Below, piece after piece: positions 15,930-29,435 of a stretch of DNA of 64,000 bases. This DNA comes from Eledone cirrhosa. Lineage: Eukaryota. Below the pieces are notes generated by a model. The model saw only the letters and a program-made list of their open reading frames with translations, was not told the DNA's origin and did not search any database. A program made the translations under genes and the position numbers. The stretch lies in assembly GCA_964016885.1 (NCBI GenBank), contig OZ024748.1, positions 51,398,001-51,462,000 on the forward strand. The letters run 5' to 3'. Positions within the stretch are counted from its first letter, which is position 1. The number at the start of each line of letters is the position of its first letter.

Positions 15930-16430
15930 TCATCATCATCATCATTTATCTTCTATCCCAGCATGGGTTTAGATGGGAATTGTCCCACTTGAGGCAAGAT
16001 TGGTTGTCTTGTTCGTATAGGACTGTCTGGCAGCTTTTCTACAGCTGGATGCCCTTCCTAACACCAACCACGTTTACAGTGTGGACTGGGAGGTTTTTAC
16101 CGTGTTACCGACACGGCCACATTACAGCGTGGACTGTGTGTTTTTTGTCGTGACACCTACACGTCTGGCAGGTTTTCTATGGCTGGATGCCCTTCCCAAC
16201 ACCAACCACGTTTACAGTGTGGACTGGGAGGTTTTTTACCGTGTTACCTACACGGCCACATTACAGCGTGGACTGTGTGTTTATTTTGTTGTGACACCTT
16301 CACGACGTCATTTATTTAGGACTGGATGTTGTGGTACCAACATAACTTTACAGAGAAAGAGGTGGTATTGATGGGGGTAGGATGGGGTAGTGTGTGTGTG
16401 TGTAGGGGGGAGGGGGGTTGTATATTTGAT
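15930..16430 (-). mobile_element. RTE LINE 3' UTR fragment with two ~138-bp internal units and (GAT)n tail
   Basis: Highly similar to 58057-58830 and 28684-29030. Confidence 0.8.
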
Positions 16431-16431
16431 T

Positions 16432-16520
16432 AAGAAACAACACATCACCCGGTCTGAGAATTGAACTGACAACCTTTCGATTGCAAAGCCAATGCTCTAA
16501 CCACTAAACCATGTGCCTCC
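16432..16520 (-). mobile_element. tRNA-like head of CORE SINE family B
   Basis: Minus strand GAGGCACATGGTTTAGTGGTTAGAGCA (A box) ... CAGTTCAATTCTC (B box). Confidence 0.7.
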
Positions 16521-16551
<31 letters not shown>

Positions 16552-16562
16552 TGTATATATAT

Positions 16563-17172
16563 GTCAGGTCACCAGTTGGTGCTACTGGTAACATGTATCC
16601 CAGTACAACCTGTCTCATGGTCGGGATTGTTGGCAACTAAACTGGCAACCCCACCAAGTTTTCTTGGTGAGGAGGGTGACTTTGGACATCTTGCAGGACT
16701 AAAAACAAAACCTGTCAAAGGGCAAAGGAGCTCTTAAGAGTCAATGGCCATCCAAAATCACTGGGAGAGATGACCCCTTAGCCTTTGTCAAGGCAGAATT
16801 CTAGGAGAAGGAAAACTCTGATATAACACCTGCAACCCTGATGGTATCTAATGATGTTGACTTGTTCTTCTTTTTGGTAAATATCATCTTGGTTAAGAGA
16901 GTGGGACTGGCTTTGTGCAGTGCCTTTGCTCACTATAAAAGCTTCACGGCACAGGCATTGCTTTATCTCTGGAGATCTCTCTGCATTTGTCGTCACATGG
17001 TACCATGAGCCCAGCACTATGTGTCAATAATTGTCACAAGTGTAGTGTTTGTACCAGAGTTTTCAAGTTGCTGGCTGGACTAAAATGTCACACTCGTTCA
17101 GCGTATCGGTAGGGGTTCTCCTACATGGATATAAAGTAGTGGCCATACTCGAAAACGAGTTGGCAGCCACCA
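16563..17172 (+). mobile_element. ~610-bp non-autonomous RTE-derived element (bipartite 5' UTR + 3' end), full length
   Basis: Near-identical to 39102-39710 (reverse). Contains GGAGAAGGAAAACTCTGA (RTE 5'UTR-like), residual C2H2-like peptide KCSVCTRVFKLLAGLKCHTRS, and RTE-like 3' end CTCGAAAACGAGTTGGCAGCCACC(AT)n. Confidence 0.75.
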
Positions 17173-17195
17173 TATATATATATATATCTATCTAT

Positions 17196-17363
17196 CTAAG
17201 GCGGGTAAAATTCCCGAGATCCATGGACGAGTTCTCTTCAGCGGTCTCTGTCCCTCATTATCGCTGCCATATCCTGCATCTCCAACAGACCAGTGTCTGT
17301 CCTTAGGGCATCAACATATGTTAACCTTGGTCTTCCTCTTCTAGTGTGTCCATGTAGGGGCTC

Positions 17364-17367
<4 letters not shown>
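17196..17367 (-). mobile_element. RTE-clade LINE ORF C-terminal fragment (distinct family), (TAGA)n tail
   Basis: Translates as WEPLHGHTRRGRPRLTYVDALRTDTGL...DRDR, typical of the RTE ORF C-terminus. Confidence 0.75.
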
Positions 17368-17417
<50 letters not shown>

Positions 17418-17429
17418 ACACAGACACAT

Positions 17430-17485
<56 letters not shown>

Positions 17486-17737
17486 TTACACACACATTTA
17501 TACACAAATAGTCCAACATAACAAAACAACTTACAATAAATTCATACGCAGACATTTTGTAATAATTTCACCTCCCCTAAAGAATTTTCTCCAATCTTTC
17601 TTTCAATTATTGCCTCAAGTCACAGTTGGTTCTTTTATTTTCAAATTAAAGTCCACGGTTTCATAAATTGTTTTACACAATTCTATAACTCTTACACTTT
17701 GAAGAATTATTTGTGTGTATATTTTGAAGTTTCTTAC

Positions 17738-18262
17738 TGTGTATGTTGGTGGTCTATGTATAGCGGTGGTGTATGTATGTTGATGCATGTGTGTATGTTG
17801 GTGCATGTATATATGTTGGTGTATGTATGTTAAAGGTGTATATATGTTGGTGGTGTATGTATAGCGGTGGTGTATGTATGTTGATGCATGTGTGTATGTT
17901 GGTGCATGTATATATGTTGGTGTATGTATGTTAAAGGTGTATGTATGTTGGTGGTGTATGTATAGCGGTGGTGTATGTATGTTGATGCATGTGTGTATGT
18001 TGGTGCATGTATATATGTTGGTGCATGTATATATTTTGGTGCTTGTATATATTTTGGTGCTTGTATGTATGTTAAAGGTGTATATATGTTCGTGGTGTAT
18101 GTATGTTGGTGGTGTATGTATGTTGGTGTTGTATATATGATGGTGGTGTATATATGTTGGAGATGTATGTATGATGGTATACATATGTACGGTCATGCAT
18201 GTATGTTGGTGTATGTATATATATATATATATATATATGTTGGTGGTGCATGTATGTTGGTG

Positions 18263-18293
<31 letters not shown>

Positions 18294-18330
18294 GTGGTGT
18301 ATGTATTTTGGTGTATATATGTTGCTGCCT
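17738..18330. repeat. GT-rich minisatellite with ~101-bp higher-order unit x3
   Basis: TATAGCGGTGGTGTATGTATGTTGATGCATG at ~17759, 17860 and 17961. Confidence 0.85.
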
Positions 18331-18535
18331 ACATATGGTTGTAAATATGTACATATAACTGTGTTGTATGTTGCGTGTGTTTTAAAGTTTTCATTAGTTC
18401 TTTAACCAATGCTCTCAGATTTAAATTACCCAAAGGAGAGCAATAGGTTAAATGGAATGTAGGCCTTAAGAAAACAATGGTAGGAATCTTTATGTCTCTC
18501 TCTATATATATCTATCTATCTCTCTCTGTATATAT

Positions 18536-18567
<32 letters not shown>

Positions 18568-18726
18568 ATATATATTATATAGTTAGGAAAGCATGCTTAT
18601 TGTAATCCAGTTCGTGGTTAAGATTTGTGGTTAAGTTTCTTGGACGTTTTCCAACGTACGGTTATGGGTAACTTCACAAGTTTACAAGAATGTGGTTAGT
18701 AAATCACGTTCAATCTTGCAGTATAA

Positions 18727-18893
18727 AGAATAAAAGAGAAAACACAGGTAAGCATTAAAAAAAGGATTTTATCCAGGTATTTCCGACCGTTTCATTGGTA
18801 AGTGCAACCTTATATCGCTTACCAATGAAATGGTCGTAAATACCAGGATAAAATCCTTTTTTTAATGCTCACCTGTGTTTTCTCTTTTATTCT
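18727..18893. mobile_element. Fold-back remnant, probably Penelope-like, carrying the 3' half of a hammerhead
   Basis: ~76-bp inverted arms. The left arm reads GAAACGGTC on the minus strand. Abuts (TA)n. Confidence 0.6.
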
Positions 18894-19010
18894 ATATATA
18901 TGTATATATACATATATATATATGTGTGTGTGTGTGTTTGTATGTGTGTGTGTGTATGTATATATATATATATATATATATAAATATGTATATATATATC
19001 CATATATAAG

Positions 19011-19042
<32 letters not shown>

Positions 19043-19043
<1 letters not shown>

Positions 19044-19161
19044 GTACGTTATTCCGGGTTGCATCGGAGGTAACCACAGTAAGTAAGGTACTCAATACAT
19101 AGCAGAGTATAAAAGTTTTAAAATAGATGAGATTCTACAGGACTAGTCCTGTAGAATCTCA

Positions 19162-19166
<5 letters not shown>
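19043..19166 (-). mobile_element. Penelope-like 3' end with a 44-bp perfect palindrome (19123-19166)
   Basis: ATAGATGAGATTCTACAGGACT|AGTCCTGTAGAATCTCATCTAT; TATTGAGTAC motif on the minus strand; TA on both sides. Confidence 0.55.
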
Positions 19167-19194
<28 letters not shown>

Positions 19195-19397
19195 ATGATG
19201 ATGATATATATATACGACTTTTTTTTAGCCGTTGCTCACACCAACCTGAGGTATATGGCCTTTAATGCGACGAAATGCCTACGACGGTTGGATGGCCACT
19301 GATGAGGACAAAAATTTTTCATATGTAACCCATTTGCAGCGCCGCAGCTCCATTATTATCATATATATATATATATATATACATATATATAAATATT

Positions 19398-19620
19398 TCA
19401 TTTTTGTATTTGTATTGCAAGATTTTTGATGTGAAAACGTATGTTGAAACATGTTTTAGTTTGGGAGGGTCATGTTGTCAATAAAAACACACGTACCTGT
19501 TGAGTTTCACTTCAATTTATTAATATCAATTTTACGATGGTTAGTTTAATAACTGGGTGGTTGATTGGTTCTTTCATCACACATTCTGTATCCTCTTCAG
19601 TGATTACTCTTCAGCGATTA
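19398..19620 (-). mobile_element. Decayed copy of the 27992-28672 Penelope-like family with hammerhead remnant (19567-19605)
   Basis: Shares TTTGGGAGGGTCATGTTG and TTTCACTTCAATTTATT. Minus strand tca CTGAAGA ggatacagaatgtgtgat GAAA gaac. Confidence 0.65.
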
Positions 19621-20274
19621 CATTTTTTACTTTATAGATATATAACAGGTCAGAAGATGGATTGACTTTGCCAGGGGTTAAAATTCTTAAAATGTCTTTT
19701 TACATATTATATATGATATGAATGTATGGGTGTGTATGTCCAGGAAGATTGACTGGTTCTTTAAAAAGCATAAGAGTTCAAAAAAATTATAATAATAATG
19801 GTTTATGATTTAGGCACCAAGCCAACAATATATATATATGTGTATATTTATGTAGTATACACACATGGATATGATGAATGATATACTTACACACATATAA
19901 GTATCGAATAACAAAATAAAATTAAAAAAAAAACATATAGATAAAACTTGAAATGAAAAAAATATACTTAAATTTATAAATATAGATTCATCATCATCAT
20001 TATCAACAGAATATTAAAAAATAAAATTTCAGTTAAACTAAAAACTTAAATTTAACATTAAGATAGGACTGTTATTTAATTGAAAAATTTCCAATAAACA
20101 ATATACATACATTCTATGAAAATTTTGGTTACATTTTAGATTTTCTTTCATATATAATGATTTCTTTTATTGGCCCAAAGCCTCAAATTTTAGAGAAAAG
20201 GAAGTGATGTACATTGATTCCAGCACTTCACTGGTACGTTAAAAAGCATAAGAGTTTTAAAAAATTATAATAAT

Positions 20275-21319
20275 AATTGTTTCTACTTTTGGCACAAGGC
20301 CAGCAATTATCCAGTGCATTACTGGTACTTTATTTTATCAACCCCGTAAGGATGAAAGGCAAAGTCAACCTCAGCAGGATTTGAACTCAGATCGTTAAGG
20401 GATGTAACTATGCTGGAAAGCATGGCGTCCGACCTTCTACCGATACTGCCAATCCACCGCCTATTAATTATAATAATTGTTTCTACTTTTGGCACAAGGC
20501 CAGCAATTATCCAGTCTATTACTGGATAATGTATAATATAATAAAAAAACTATAATAATAATGGTTTATGATTTAGGCACCAGGCCAACAATTTGGGGGG
20601 AGGGGAAAGTTGATTAAATCAACACAAGTGTGTTATTGGTACTTTATTTTATTGACCCAATAAGGATGAAAGGCAAAGCTAACCTTGATAGGATTTGAAC
20701 TCAGAATGAAAAGGGTTGCAACTATATTCCTCAAAGCATGTTCAATGCCCTACTAATTCTGCCAATCCCCTGCCCTAAATAGGTTCTAACACAGACGCAA
20801 GGCTAACAATTTTTTGGGGAAAAAAGTCTTGTGTCTTGACACCAGCACATGACTGGTACTTTTCAATGCATAAGAGTTCAAAGGAATGATGATTTCTAGT
20901 ATAGGCACACGGCCAGTAATTTGGTGGGGTGGGTGGGGGGATCTATTAAATCTACCTCCAGTACATTACTGTTGTTTCATTTTATCGACCCTATAAGGAT
21001 GAAAGGGAAAGTTAACCTCGGCAGGATTTGAACTCAGAAGGTAAAGGGACGTAACTCTATGTTGCAAAGCATGGTGCCCAATGCTCTACTGATACTTCCA
21101 ACCCACCGCCTTAGTTCAAAGAAATAATTGTTTCTACTTTAGGCACAAGGCCAGCAATAACCCAGCACATTACTGGTACTTTATTTTATCAACCCCGTAA
21201 GGATGAAAGGCAAAGTTGTTAACCTCGGCGGGATTTGAACTCAGATCATAAAGGGACGTAACTCTATGCTAGAAAGCATGGCGTCCAACCCTCTACCGAT
21301 ACTGCCAATCAACCACCCT
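20275..21319 (-). mobile_element. Cluster of four near-complete plus partial SINE family A copies, head to tail
   Basis: Copies at ~20275-20461, 20560-20775, 20890-21112 and 21124-21319, plus tail fragments. Confidence 0.85.
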
Positions 21320-21545
21320 AGGTCAAAGAAATAATGATGATCATTTTTGACAATGACACAAGACCACAAATTTGTGAAGAATTAAAGTATTTTGTCTGAT
21401 ACTCTAAAGATTCTGACAATCCAATAGTACCACTTAGTTTTAATATGTTTTGGAAGAGTGTGTTAAGGTCCCAACATATTAATTTTTGTAGGGATCTCAA
21501 ATATATTTAAGACATGTACTCTAGACATGCGCCCTTTATATTATA

Positions 21546-21742
21546 TATAAAGGTCAGCTGAAAATTTCATAGGCTATGAAGGAGTGATGCTAGAGCTGTG
21601 AAATCTTGCATGCATTAATTTCAACATTCCTTATTAATAATTACACTGTTTCTGTTCAGTAACTATGTTGAAAAGTAAACCTCATTTGGTCAGTCCATAA
21701 GAGTATCTTGGTCAGCCATGAAGTTTTCAGCCTACCCTCATA
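21546..21742. mobile_element. mariner-type MITE
   Basis: TIR TATAAAGGTCAGCTGAAAATTTCATAGGCT / AGCCATGAAGTTTTCAGCCTACCCTCATA, TA ends, second copy at 61127-61334. Confidence 0.7.
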
Positions 21743-21898
21743 CATCAGGATGAATCGGGATGACACAATATGTGACAAGGTTGGATCTAAGAATTACAAG
21801 TACATTCCGTCACACACGTTTCTACAATTTCTGTCTACCTTGTTTCACTGCCAATTCTCGGTTGATTCCATAGCTATAGCAGAAACACCTTTACTCTA

Positions 21899-22073
21899 CA
21901 GGGTGGGCCAGAATTCATGACTCACTTGATTATTTATAGATTTATTAAATAAATAAAAAACCTGTGAGGCATATTAAGAAATTAAAATATAAATTAAAAC
22001 ATTACAATAACAGTAAAATAAGCATGTTAAGAAATACAACTAACAAACGAGTCATGAATTCTGGCCCACCCTG
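21899..22073. mobile_element. Tc1/mariner MITE (175 bp) inserted in a CORE SINE
   Basis: Perfect 25-bp TIR CAGGGTGGGCCAGAATTCATGACTC, TA target duplication. Confidence 0.9.
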
Positions 22074-22753
22074 TAGATGCCATGCAGTGGGATTGAAACT
22101 GGGCTTCATGTTTGTGAAGCAAACTTCTTAACCACCTGACCATACCCGTGTACACACACACACACACACATACTTAGTACATATAATGAGAATAATGAAA
22201 ATGAGAACTGACAATCATATACAAGAATTTATGATGGCGATGTAGAGGAAAATTATGAAATTTCTGTAATTATATTCTCAGAATTTGATGCCTTTTCACT
22301 CAGTCTCTAATTATTATTTCTCTCACTTTACAATCTTTAAAAATCTTCCTGTATCATTCTATCTATCCATCACATTCCTCCTATCTCTTCTTATTTTCAT
22401 TTCTCTCATGCTTTTTCTTATTGTTTGTTTGTTTGTTTGTTTTGCAAGGGGTGGGGTGTATTTGCAGGGGTGGGGGTGTCTTTATTCCTCCTCATTCACC
22501 TTTGTGCAACCAATGGCATATTAATAATACCTCTATATTACTTCTGATGTTGGTAGCAGATACAGAGCATACACATGTGTACGTACCACAGAGAGGCAAA
22601 CACATGTATATGTTTCTGTATTTATATAAATACATAAATACAAAAAGAGAGAGAGAGAGAGAGAAAGAAAGAATGAGAGAGAGGGAAATGAAAGATTGAA
22701 AGAGGAAGACATAAAATCATTATTATGTGCATATATATATATATATATATGAA

Positions 22754-22845
<92 letters not shown>

Positions 22846-22954
22846 CATATTTGTTTATTTTCAACTATATATATATATGTATACATTATATATATATATT
22901 TATATTTGTTCATTTTCAAATATATATTTATATATGTATATATATATATATATG

Positions 22955-22994
<40 letters not shown>

Positions 22995-23402
22995 ATGCAT
23001 ATCCATTTTATATATAAATATATCTGTACATGTATGTGTAATTACTTTGTAATTAATAAGAGTTGCATGAGTTTCTGAGCAAGTTGAATATATATGTTAG
23101 GAGTTTTAAGTTATATTAGATTTAAAAAAATAGTAGAAAGAGTGAGAATGGTAGAGAGGCAGAGAGGAAGAGAATGAGAAATAACGAGAAAGAGACTAAA
23201 AAGAAGAGAGAGAGAGAGTTAGAGAGAGGTATTTAAATATATATTTAAAAAAAAAAAAAGCTTGAAATAAAGCACAACAGTATAATTTAAAAAAAAATTA
23301 AAAATTAAAATACTAACAAGGTAAAACAAGAGAGGATGATGCATCATTGATAGTTTAAATTAGACAGAAAACTTAAGATTGGTGAATAAAATAAAATAAT
23401 AT

Positions 23403-23439
<37 letters not shown>

Positions 23440-24124
23440 GTAATAGTAATAATAGAAAATAATGTAAAGAATGAAGAAAAAAATATGTGCTGCAGAAATT
23501 GCATGAGAGACTTGCAATTTGATTGACAGCAATTAATAATGTAATCAGATAATTATATTGAACTTTTAATTGACTGAAAGACTTAATGAAGCAAAACTTG
23601 TCAGAATTGACAAAGGAAAGAAAGATAGACGGTGATAATGGAAAGAATAGAAGAGCAGAGGAGGGGAGAGTGAGGTAGGAAGAGCAGGGTGAAATAAAGA
23701 AAGGAAGAGAGAGATGGAGAGAAAGGAAGAGAGAGATGGAGAGAGTGACAGAATGAAATAGAAACAAATAAAATAAAGAGAGAGAGGAGAGAGACAGAGA
23801 AATGAGGAAAGGAAGGAGGAAAGAAAGAAAAAGGAGAAAAACAAAAAGAAAGAATGAAAGAGTGTGAGATAGGAAGAGGAAGAAGGCAAAGAAAAAATGT
23901 GAAAGTAGAAGAGAGAGAGAGAGAGAGAGAAAAAGGCGAAATATAAGGAAAAAAAGAGAAGAGAGAGAGATGGGAAGGGAGAGAAAGAAGGTATGAAAAT
24001 AATTAAAGAAACCAATGAAAAACAAGATGTAATAAAAAAAAACATAATTCAACAAAAACATACAAAATTAAAAATAAAATAAAACTAACTAAATGAAACA
24101 ACTATAATACCAACATTAATTATG

Positions 24125-24312
24125 TGGTGAATTGGCAGCATCGGTAGAGCGTCAGACACCATGCTTTACAGCATAGAGTCATGGCCCTTTACGTTCCGAG
24201 TTAAAATCCCGCCGAGGTTAACTTTGCCTTTCATCCTTACGGGGTCGATAAAATAAAGTACCAGTAATACACTGGGGTAATTGCTGGCCTTGTGCCAAAA
24301 GTAGAAACAATT
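24125..24312 (+). mobile_element. SINE family A
   Basis: Same head, core and tail as 6706. Confidence 0.85.
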
Positions 24313-24658
24313 AATTATAGTTACTGCAATACATCATCATCATCTTTGATATGATATTAACTACAATAGTAGTAGTGGTGGTGGTGGTGGTGGGGTGGGC
24401 ACTAGTAATAGTAGCAGTAGAGGTGGTAGTAGTAGTAGTAGTAGTAGTAGCAGTAGTAGTGGTGGAGGGGGTTGGCAGTGGTGGTGGAGGGGGTTGGCAG
24501 TGGTAGTGGTGCTAGTACTAGTAGTAGCTAGTAGCAGCAGAGGCTAGAATTTTTCTTGATTTTATTTTGCTATAATGGAAGCATAAGTGAATTGGCACCA
24601 GGATAGGATGAGAGGATTGTTGGAAGGAGCGGATGAGCGGAGACCTAAAGGGTGATAT

Positions 24659-24692
<34 letters not shown>

Positions 24693-24902
24693 CATCATCG
24701 TCACCTTTTAACATCCATTTTTCTACACTAGCATGGGTTAGATGAGTTGTCCCGTTGTGAGACAAGCCAGATCAGATGTCCCTACTTGCTTATACGGAAC
24801 TGATTCTGGCTTGGCTTTTTATATTATTATATAGAAAATAAGGATCAACAACAACAAACAAAGACAATACAAGAGGAAATCAATAAATTACTAGTATATT
24901 AG

Positions 24903-24937
24903 TTTAACGTTTCAGGTGCTAGTCCTTCATCGGAAGA
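24903..24937 (-). ncRNA. Degenerate minimal hammerhead motif in a Penelope-like 3' end
   Basis: Minus strand tt CCGATGA agg actagca cct GAAA cg TT aa. Palindromic AACGTT, U4C change, weak stem I. Confidence 0.45.
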
Positions 24938-25965
24938 TAGAATCAGAGAAAAGCATGGATGTTTGGGAGAGAAAAGAATACAGAACACAGGTAAAGGGAA
25001 AGAAGAAGAGAGGAGAAGGTTTGTGATATTGTTTGTCAGCCATCTTGGTAAAGGAAGTTGAAATGGGGCAGAATCTGTATAGTTTAGAGATAGAGAAAAT
25101 AATCTGAATATGAGAGACAGAGACAGAAGAAGAGGGACAGTCTGAGGTAGAGTTAGAGAGACATACAGAGAGAGAGAGAGAAGGAAAGAGAGAAGGTTAG
25201 AGAAATAGAGAGAAAGGGAGAAAAAGAAGGAGTGAAAAGAAAGTGAGGGGTAAAAATTACTTGGGAGAGAGAGGGAGAGTGAGAGAGAGAGTGAGAGTGA
25301 GAGGGAGAGTGAGAGAGAGAGTGAGAGAGAGAAGTGTGAAAAAAGAGATTAAATTAGTAACTGAGAGAAAGAAAGACTGAATGAGAGATTGAGTGAGTGA
25401 GGGAAAGAAAGAGTGGGGGAGAGGGGGAAGGAAAGAGTGAGAGGGGGAAGGGAAGAGTGAGGGGGACAGAAATAGTGGGAAAGAAAGAATGAGAGGGGGA
25501 GGGAAGAGTGAGAGGGAAAGAAAGAGTGAGAGGGAAAGAAAGAGTGAGAGGGGGAAGGAAAGAAAGAATGAGAGGGGAAAGAAAGAATGAGAGGGGGATG
25601 GGAAGTGTGAGAGAGGGGAGGAAATAGTGAGAGGGAAGGAAAGAGTGAGAGGGACAGAAAGAATGAATATGTAGAGAGAGAAAGAGAAGGAAAAGGAATC
25701 CAAAATATGGCAATAGCAAGTAAAGAAATGAAGAATTAATTTAAGCATGATAATTGATGGAAGAATAATTTTGTAAAATGTTTAACAAAAGAAAAGACAA
25801 AAAGTGAAAATAAAGAGAAAAAAGATGACAGAAATTATAATTATGATATAAGAAAGTATAATAATTTATAACAAAAAATAATTAAAAATTACAACAACAG
25901 CAACAACAATTGAACAGAAATAGATTTTAATAAAACAAAATTAAAGTGTAATATATGTAAGTGTG

Positions 25966-26008
<43 letters not shown>

Positions 26009-26037
26009 GCACACACACTCACATATATGAATGTATG

Positions 26038-26071
<34 letters not shown>

Positions 26072-26081
26072 CACATATATG

Positions 26082-26125
<44 letters not shown>

Positions 26126-26425
26126 CACATATATGTATGTATGTATATATATATATATATGCGCGCGCGCACACACACCAATATGTTTGTGTGTGTATAC
26201 AGTTATGAGTGTGTCAAGAATAAAATAATGAGAAATTATAATTATATCATAAGAAAAATGTGATTATTGAAAAATTAAAATACAAAACACAAAACATTTA
26301 AAAAAACCTACTTTAAAAAAAATGGAAGGATATATATAGAGAGAGAGGGTGGAGAAAGGGAGGGAGAAGTGTACAAGGCGTCGAGAGAGAAGGTAGAGAG
26401 AGAGGGTGGAAAAAGAGGAATAAGT

Positions 26426-26464
<39 letters not shown>

Positions 26465-26704
26465 TACAACCAACACTTAAATTATTTTGAAGAAGTCTGG
26501 AGTAATTAGTCTGATTTGTTAGCTGAAGAGAGTGGAGAAGATAGGGGCATGGTGTGTGACTAGAATGTAGGGTAAAGAGATATATGGGAAGAGAGGTAGA
26601 AGGATTAATAGAGATGGGGAAGAGAAAGAGAGATAGTGGAGGTGGTGGTAGAGGAGCAGAAGTATTGTGTCTGACTATAATATTGATAGAGTTATAGAAT
26701 GAGC

Positions 26705-26737
<33 letters not shown>

Positions 26738-27045
26738 CATTTCATTTCATTTTACGTCCGCTTCTCCCTGCTTTGCAAGGGTGGGACGGGATCTGATTCT
26801 GGCTTGATTTCTACAGCTGGATGCCCTTCCTAACACCAACCTCATTTACAGTGAGTGCTGGGTGCATTTTTCCGTGGCGCCTCCACAACCACTTTACAGT
26901 GGAATGATATGGACCCCAGTCCCTACCATCTCAATTCTACAGCTGAATAAACTAGAGCAATGTGAAATAAAGTGTCTTGCTCAAGGAAACAACACATCAC
27001 CCTGTCTGAGAATTGAACTCACAACCTTTCGATTGCAAGGCCAAT
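26738..27045 (-). mobile_element. CORE SINE family B with RTE-derived 3' tail
   Basis: B box GAGTTCAATTCTC, CORE-like TTTCCTTGAGCAAGACACTTTATTTCACATTGCTC, tail motif GCTGGATGCCCTTCCTAACACCAACC (plus-strand reading) shared with the RTE 3' UTR. Confidence 0.75.
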
Positions 27046-27067
27046 ATATAGAAGGAGAGTGTTTTGA

Positions 27068-27125
27068 ATACCTGAAGATGTCACTGGATTCATACTGAAC
27101 CCAGTCACTGAAATGATCATAGTAT
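27068..27125 (+). ncRNA. Minimal type I hammerhead ribozyme
   Basis: atac CTGAAGA t gtcactgg attcatactgaac ccagtcac t GAAA tgatca TA gtat. Stem I atac/gtat, palindromic stem III, U-U at the base of stem II, (TA)n ~50 bp downstream. Confidence 0.7.
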
Positions 27126-27170
27126 AATAAACCTTTTAAGGCATTACACCAGTTCAGCCTCCTGTTATTT

Positions 27171-27210
<40 letters not shown>

Positions 27211-27214
<4 letters not shown>

Positions 27215-27591
27215 TGGCTGCCAACTCGTTTTCGAGTACGGCCACTACTTTATATCCATGTAGGAGAACCACTACCGATGCACTGAATGGGTGTGTCTTT
27301 TAGTCCAGCCAGCGACTTGAAAACTCTGGTACAAACACTACACTTGTGACAATTATTGACACATAGTGCTGGGCCCATGGTACCATGTGACGACAAGTGC
27401 AGAGAGATCTCCAAATATAAAGCAATGCCTGTGCCGTGAAGCTTTTATAGTGAGCAAAGGCACTGCACAAAGCCAGTCCCACTCTCTTAACCAAGATGAT
27501 ATTTACCAAAAAGAAGAACAAGTCAACATCATTGGATACCATCAGGGTTGCAGGTGTTATATCAGAGTTTTCCTTCTCCTAGAATTCTGCC
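27211..27591 (-). mobile_element. 5'-truncated copy of the 610-bp RTE-derived element
   Basis: Reverse complement of 16792-17172, flanked by TA tracts. Confidence 0.85.
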
Positions 27592-27991
27592 TATATATAA
27601 ACACATATATATACACACACAGACACACATATATGTGTGTGTGTATTGAACAATGAAAATATAACAAAAGTCCAAGGTAATTTGTTAATTAGTACTTTGT
27701 TTTACGATCGTTTCAGAGGGTTGATTGATGGTGGTAGATCAATATATTGATTAACAGGTAGTGGCTATGTTGCTACCTATTGCTTGTCTCAAAATCCCTG
27801 ATCTATCACATCTTCCTCAGAAACAATCACAACGTAATATCACTGAAACCATCACTGGATGTCCACATTGAGTTCTAACAACATTATCAACCTCATTATA
27901 AATAGGTGGAAACCATATTATATATATATATATACGTAGTTTCTGAATTTGTTTAGCAAGATTCTTTATCTGAAAACGTGTGTTGAAACCG

Positions 27992-28672
27992 ATATTGTTA
28001 TGCTTTGGGAGGGTCATGTTGCCAAAAAGAAACACATGCACCTTTTGCTTTCACTTCAATTTATTATAAATTAAATTTATAAATTTAAGAATTTATAAAT
28101 TTCCGGTTGGTTGGTTCCACAACCAGACGATTGTTCATATATTGTCAAAGTTCTTTCGTCACACATTCTGTGACCTCTTGTTTTTGTCAAAAACAAGATG
28201 GCGTAGGATAGAACAAGGGAGAGGCAAAAAAACAACGAAAAGAATCCCCAGTCACTGAAGAGGTCACATAATGTGTGATGAAAGAACTTTGACAATATAT
28301 GAACAACCATCCGGTTGTGGAACCAACCAACCAACCGGAAATTTATAAAATTTATATTTATAAATTTAATTTATAATAAATTGAAGTGAAAGCAACTGGT
28401 GTGTGTGTTTCTTATTAGCAACATGACCCTCCCAAAGCATAACAATATATATATGTATATATACACAAAAACAAGATGGTGTAGGAAAGAACAAAGGAGA
28501 GACACAAAAGAAGAAATCAGTGACTCAATGAGTGACCAAAGAGCTTTGACAATATATGAACAACAATCCGGTTATTAAACCAACCAACCAGAAATTTATA
28601 ATAAATTGTAGTGAACACCAACAAGTGCTTGTGTTTTTATTAGCAGCAACACCCTCCCAAAATATAACAATA
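27992..28672. mobile_element. Penelope-like inverted + direct repeat structure (arms 27992-28179 and 28258-28448; third copy 28465-28672)
   Basis: ~190-bp inverted arms, hammerhead core in the right arm, TA flanks. Confidence 0.7.
28251..28293 (+). ncRNA. Minimal type I hammerhead ribozyme
   Basis: gtca CTGAAGA g gtcaca taatg tgtgat GAAA g aa c TT tgac. Stem I gtca/tgac; the inverted arm preserves gtcaca/tgtgac. Confidence 0.7.
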
Positions 28673-28683
28673 TACATATATAT

Positions 28684-29152
28684 CATCATCATCATCATCG
28701 TTTAACGTCTATCTTCCATGCTAGCATGGGTTTAGATGGGAATTGTCCCACTTGAGGCAAGATTGGTTGCATTACTCGTATAGGACTGTCTGGCTGGTTT
28801 TCTACGGCTGGATGCCCTTCCTAACACCAACCACGGTTACAGTGTGGACTGGGAGGTTTTTACCGTGTTACCTACACGGCCACATTACAGCGTGGACTGT
28901 GTGTTTTTTTGTTGTTGTGATACCTACACGACCTCATTTATTTAGGACTGGATGTAGCGGTACCAACATAACTTTACAGAGAAAGGGGTGGTGATTGGGG
29001 GTGGGTGGGACAGGGGTGTATTTTGGTTAAGAGGTGCCTACTGACTGTAGGTTTCGCTTTGTACTTAGGCAAGACGGGTCTTCTGTACTACTGCGGAGCG
29101 CCAAAGATCTCGGTCCAGTGACATTGTCTTGGAGAGGTGTAAGTGTGTAAGG

Positions 29153-29155
<3 letters not shown>
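28684..29155 (-). mobile_element. RTE LINE 3' end (ORF terminus + UTR with one 138-bp unit)
   Basis: Minus strand DLTHLHLSKTMSLDRDLWRSAVVQKTRLA*; matches 58057-58925. Confidence 0.85.
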
Positions 29156-29230
<75 letters not shown>

Positions 29231-29435
29231 ATGCTAATTACTGTGTTGCTTATCTATAAGTGTTGCATTGTGATCATCATCATCATCATCTTCGTTTAAC
29301 ATCCATCACATTGTGATCTCATTGATAAACACGTTTAAGAAGGAAAAGCACTCCACGTCAGTCATGTATGTTCAATGTCATGATTGTGATTTAATAATAA
29401 GTTTTTCTTTTTTTTTAAATCATGCAAATACATAC

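Noticed and set aside
19255-19320. CTGATGAGGAC with upstream CGAAA as a hammerhead
   Set aside because: I could not build consistent stems II and III in any topology.
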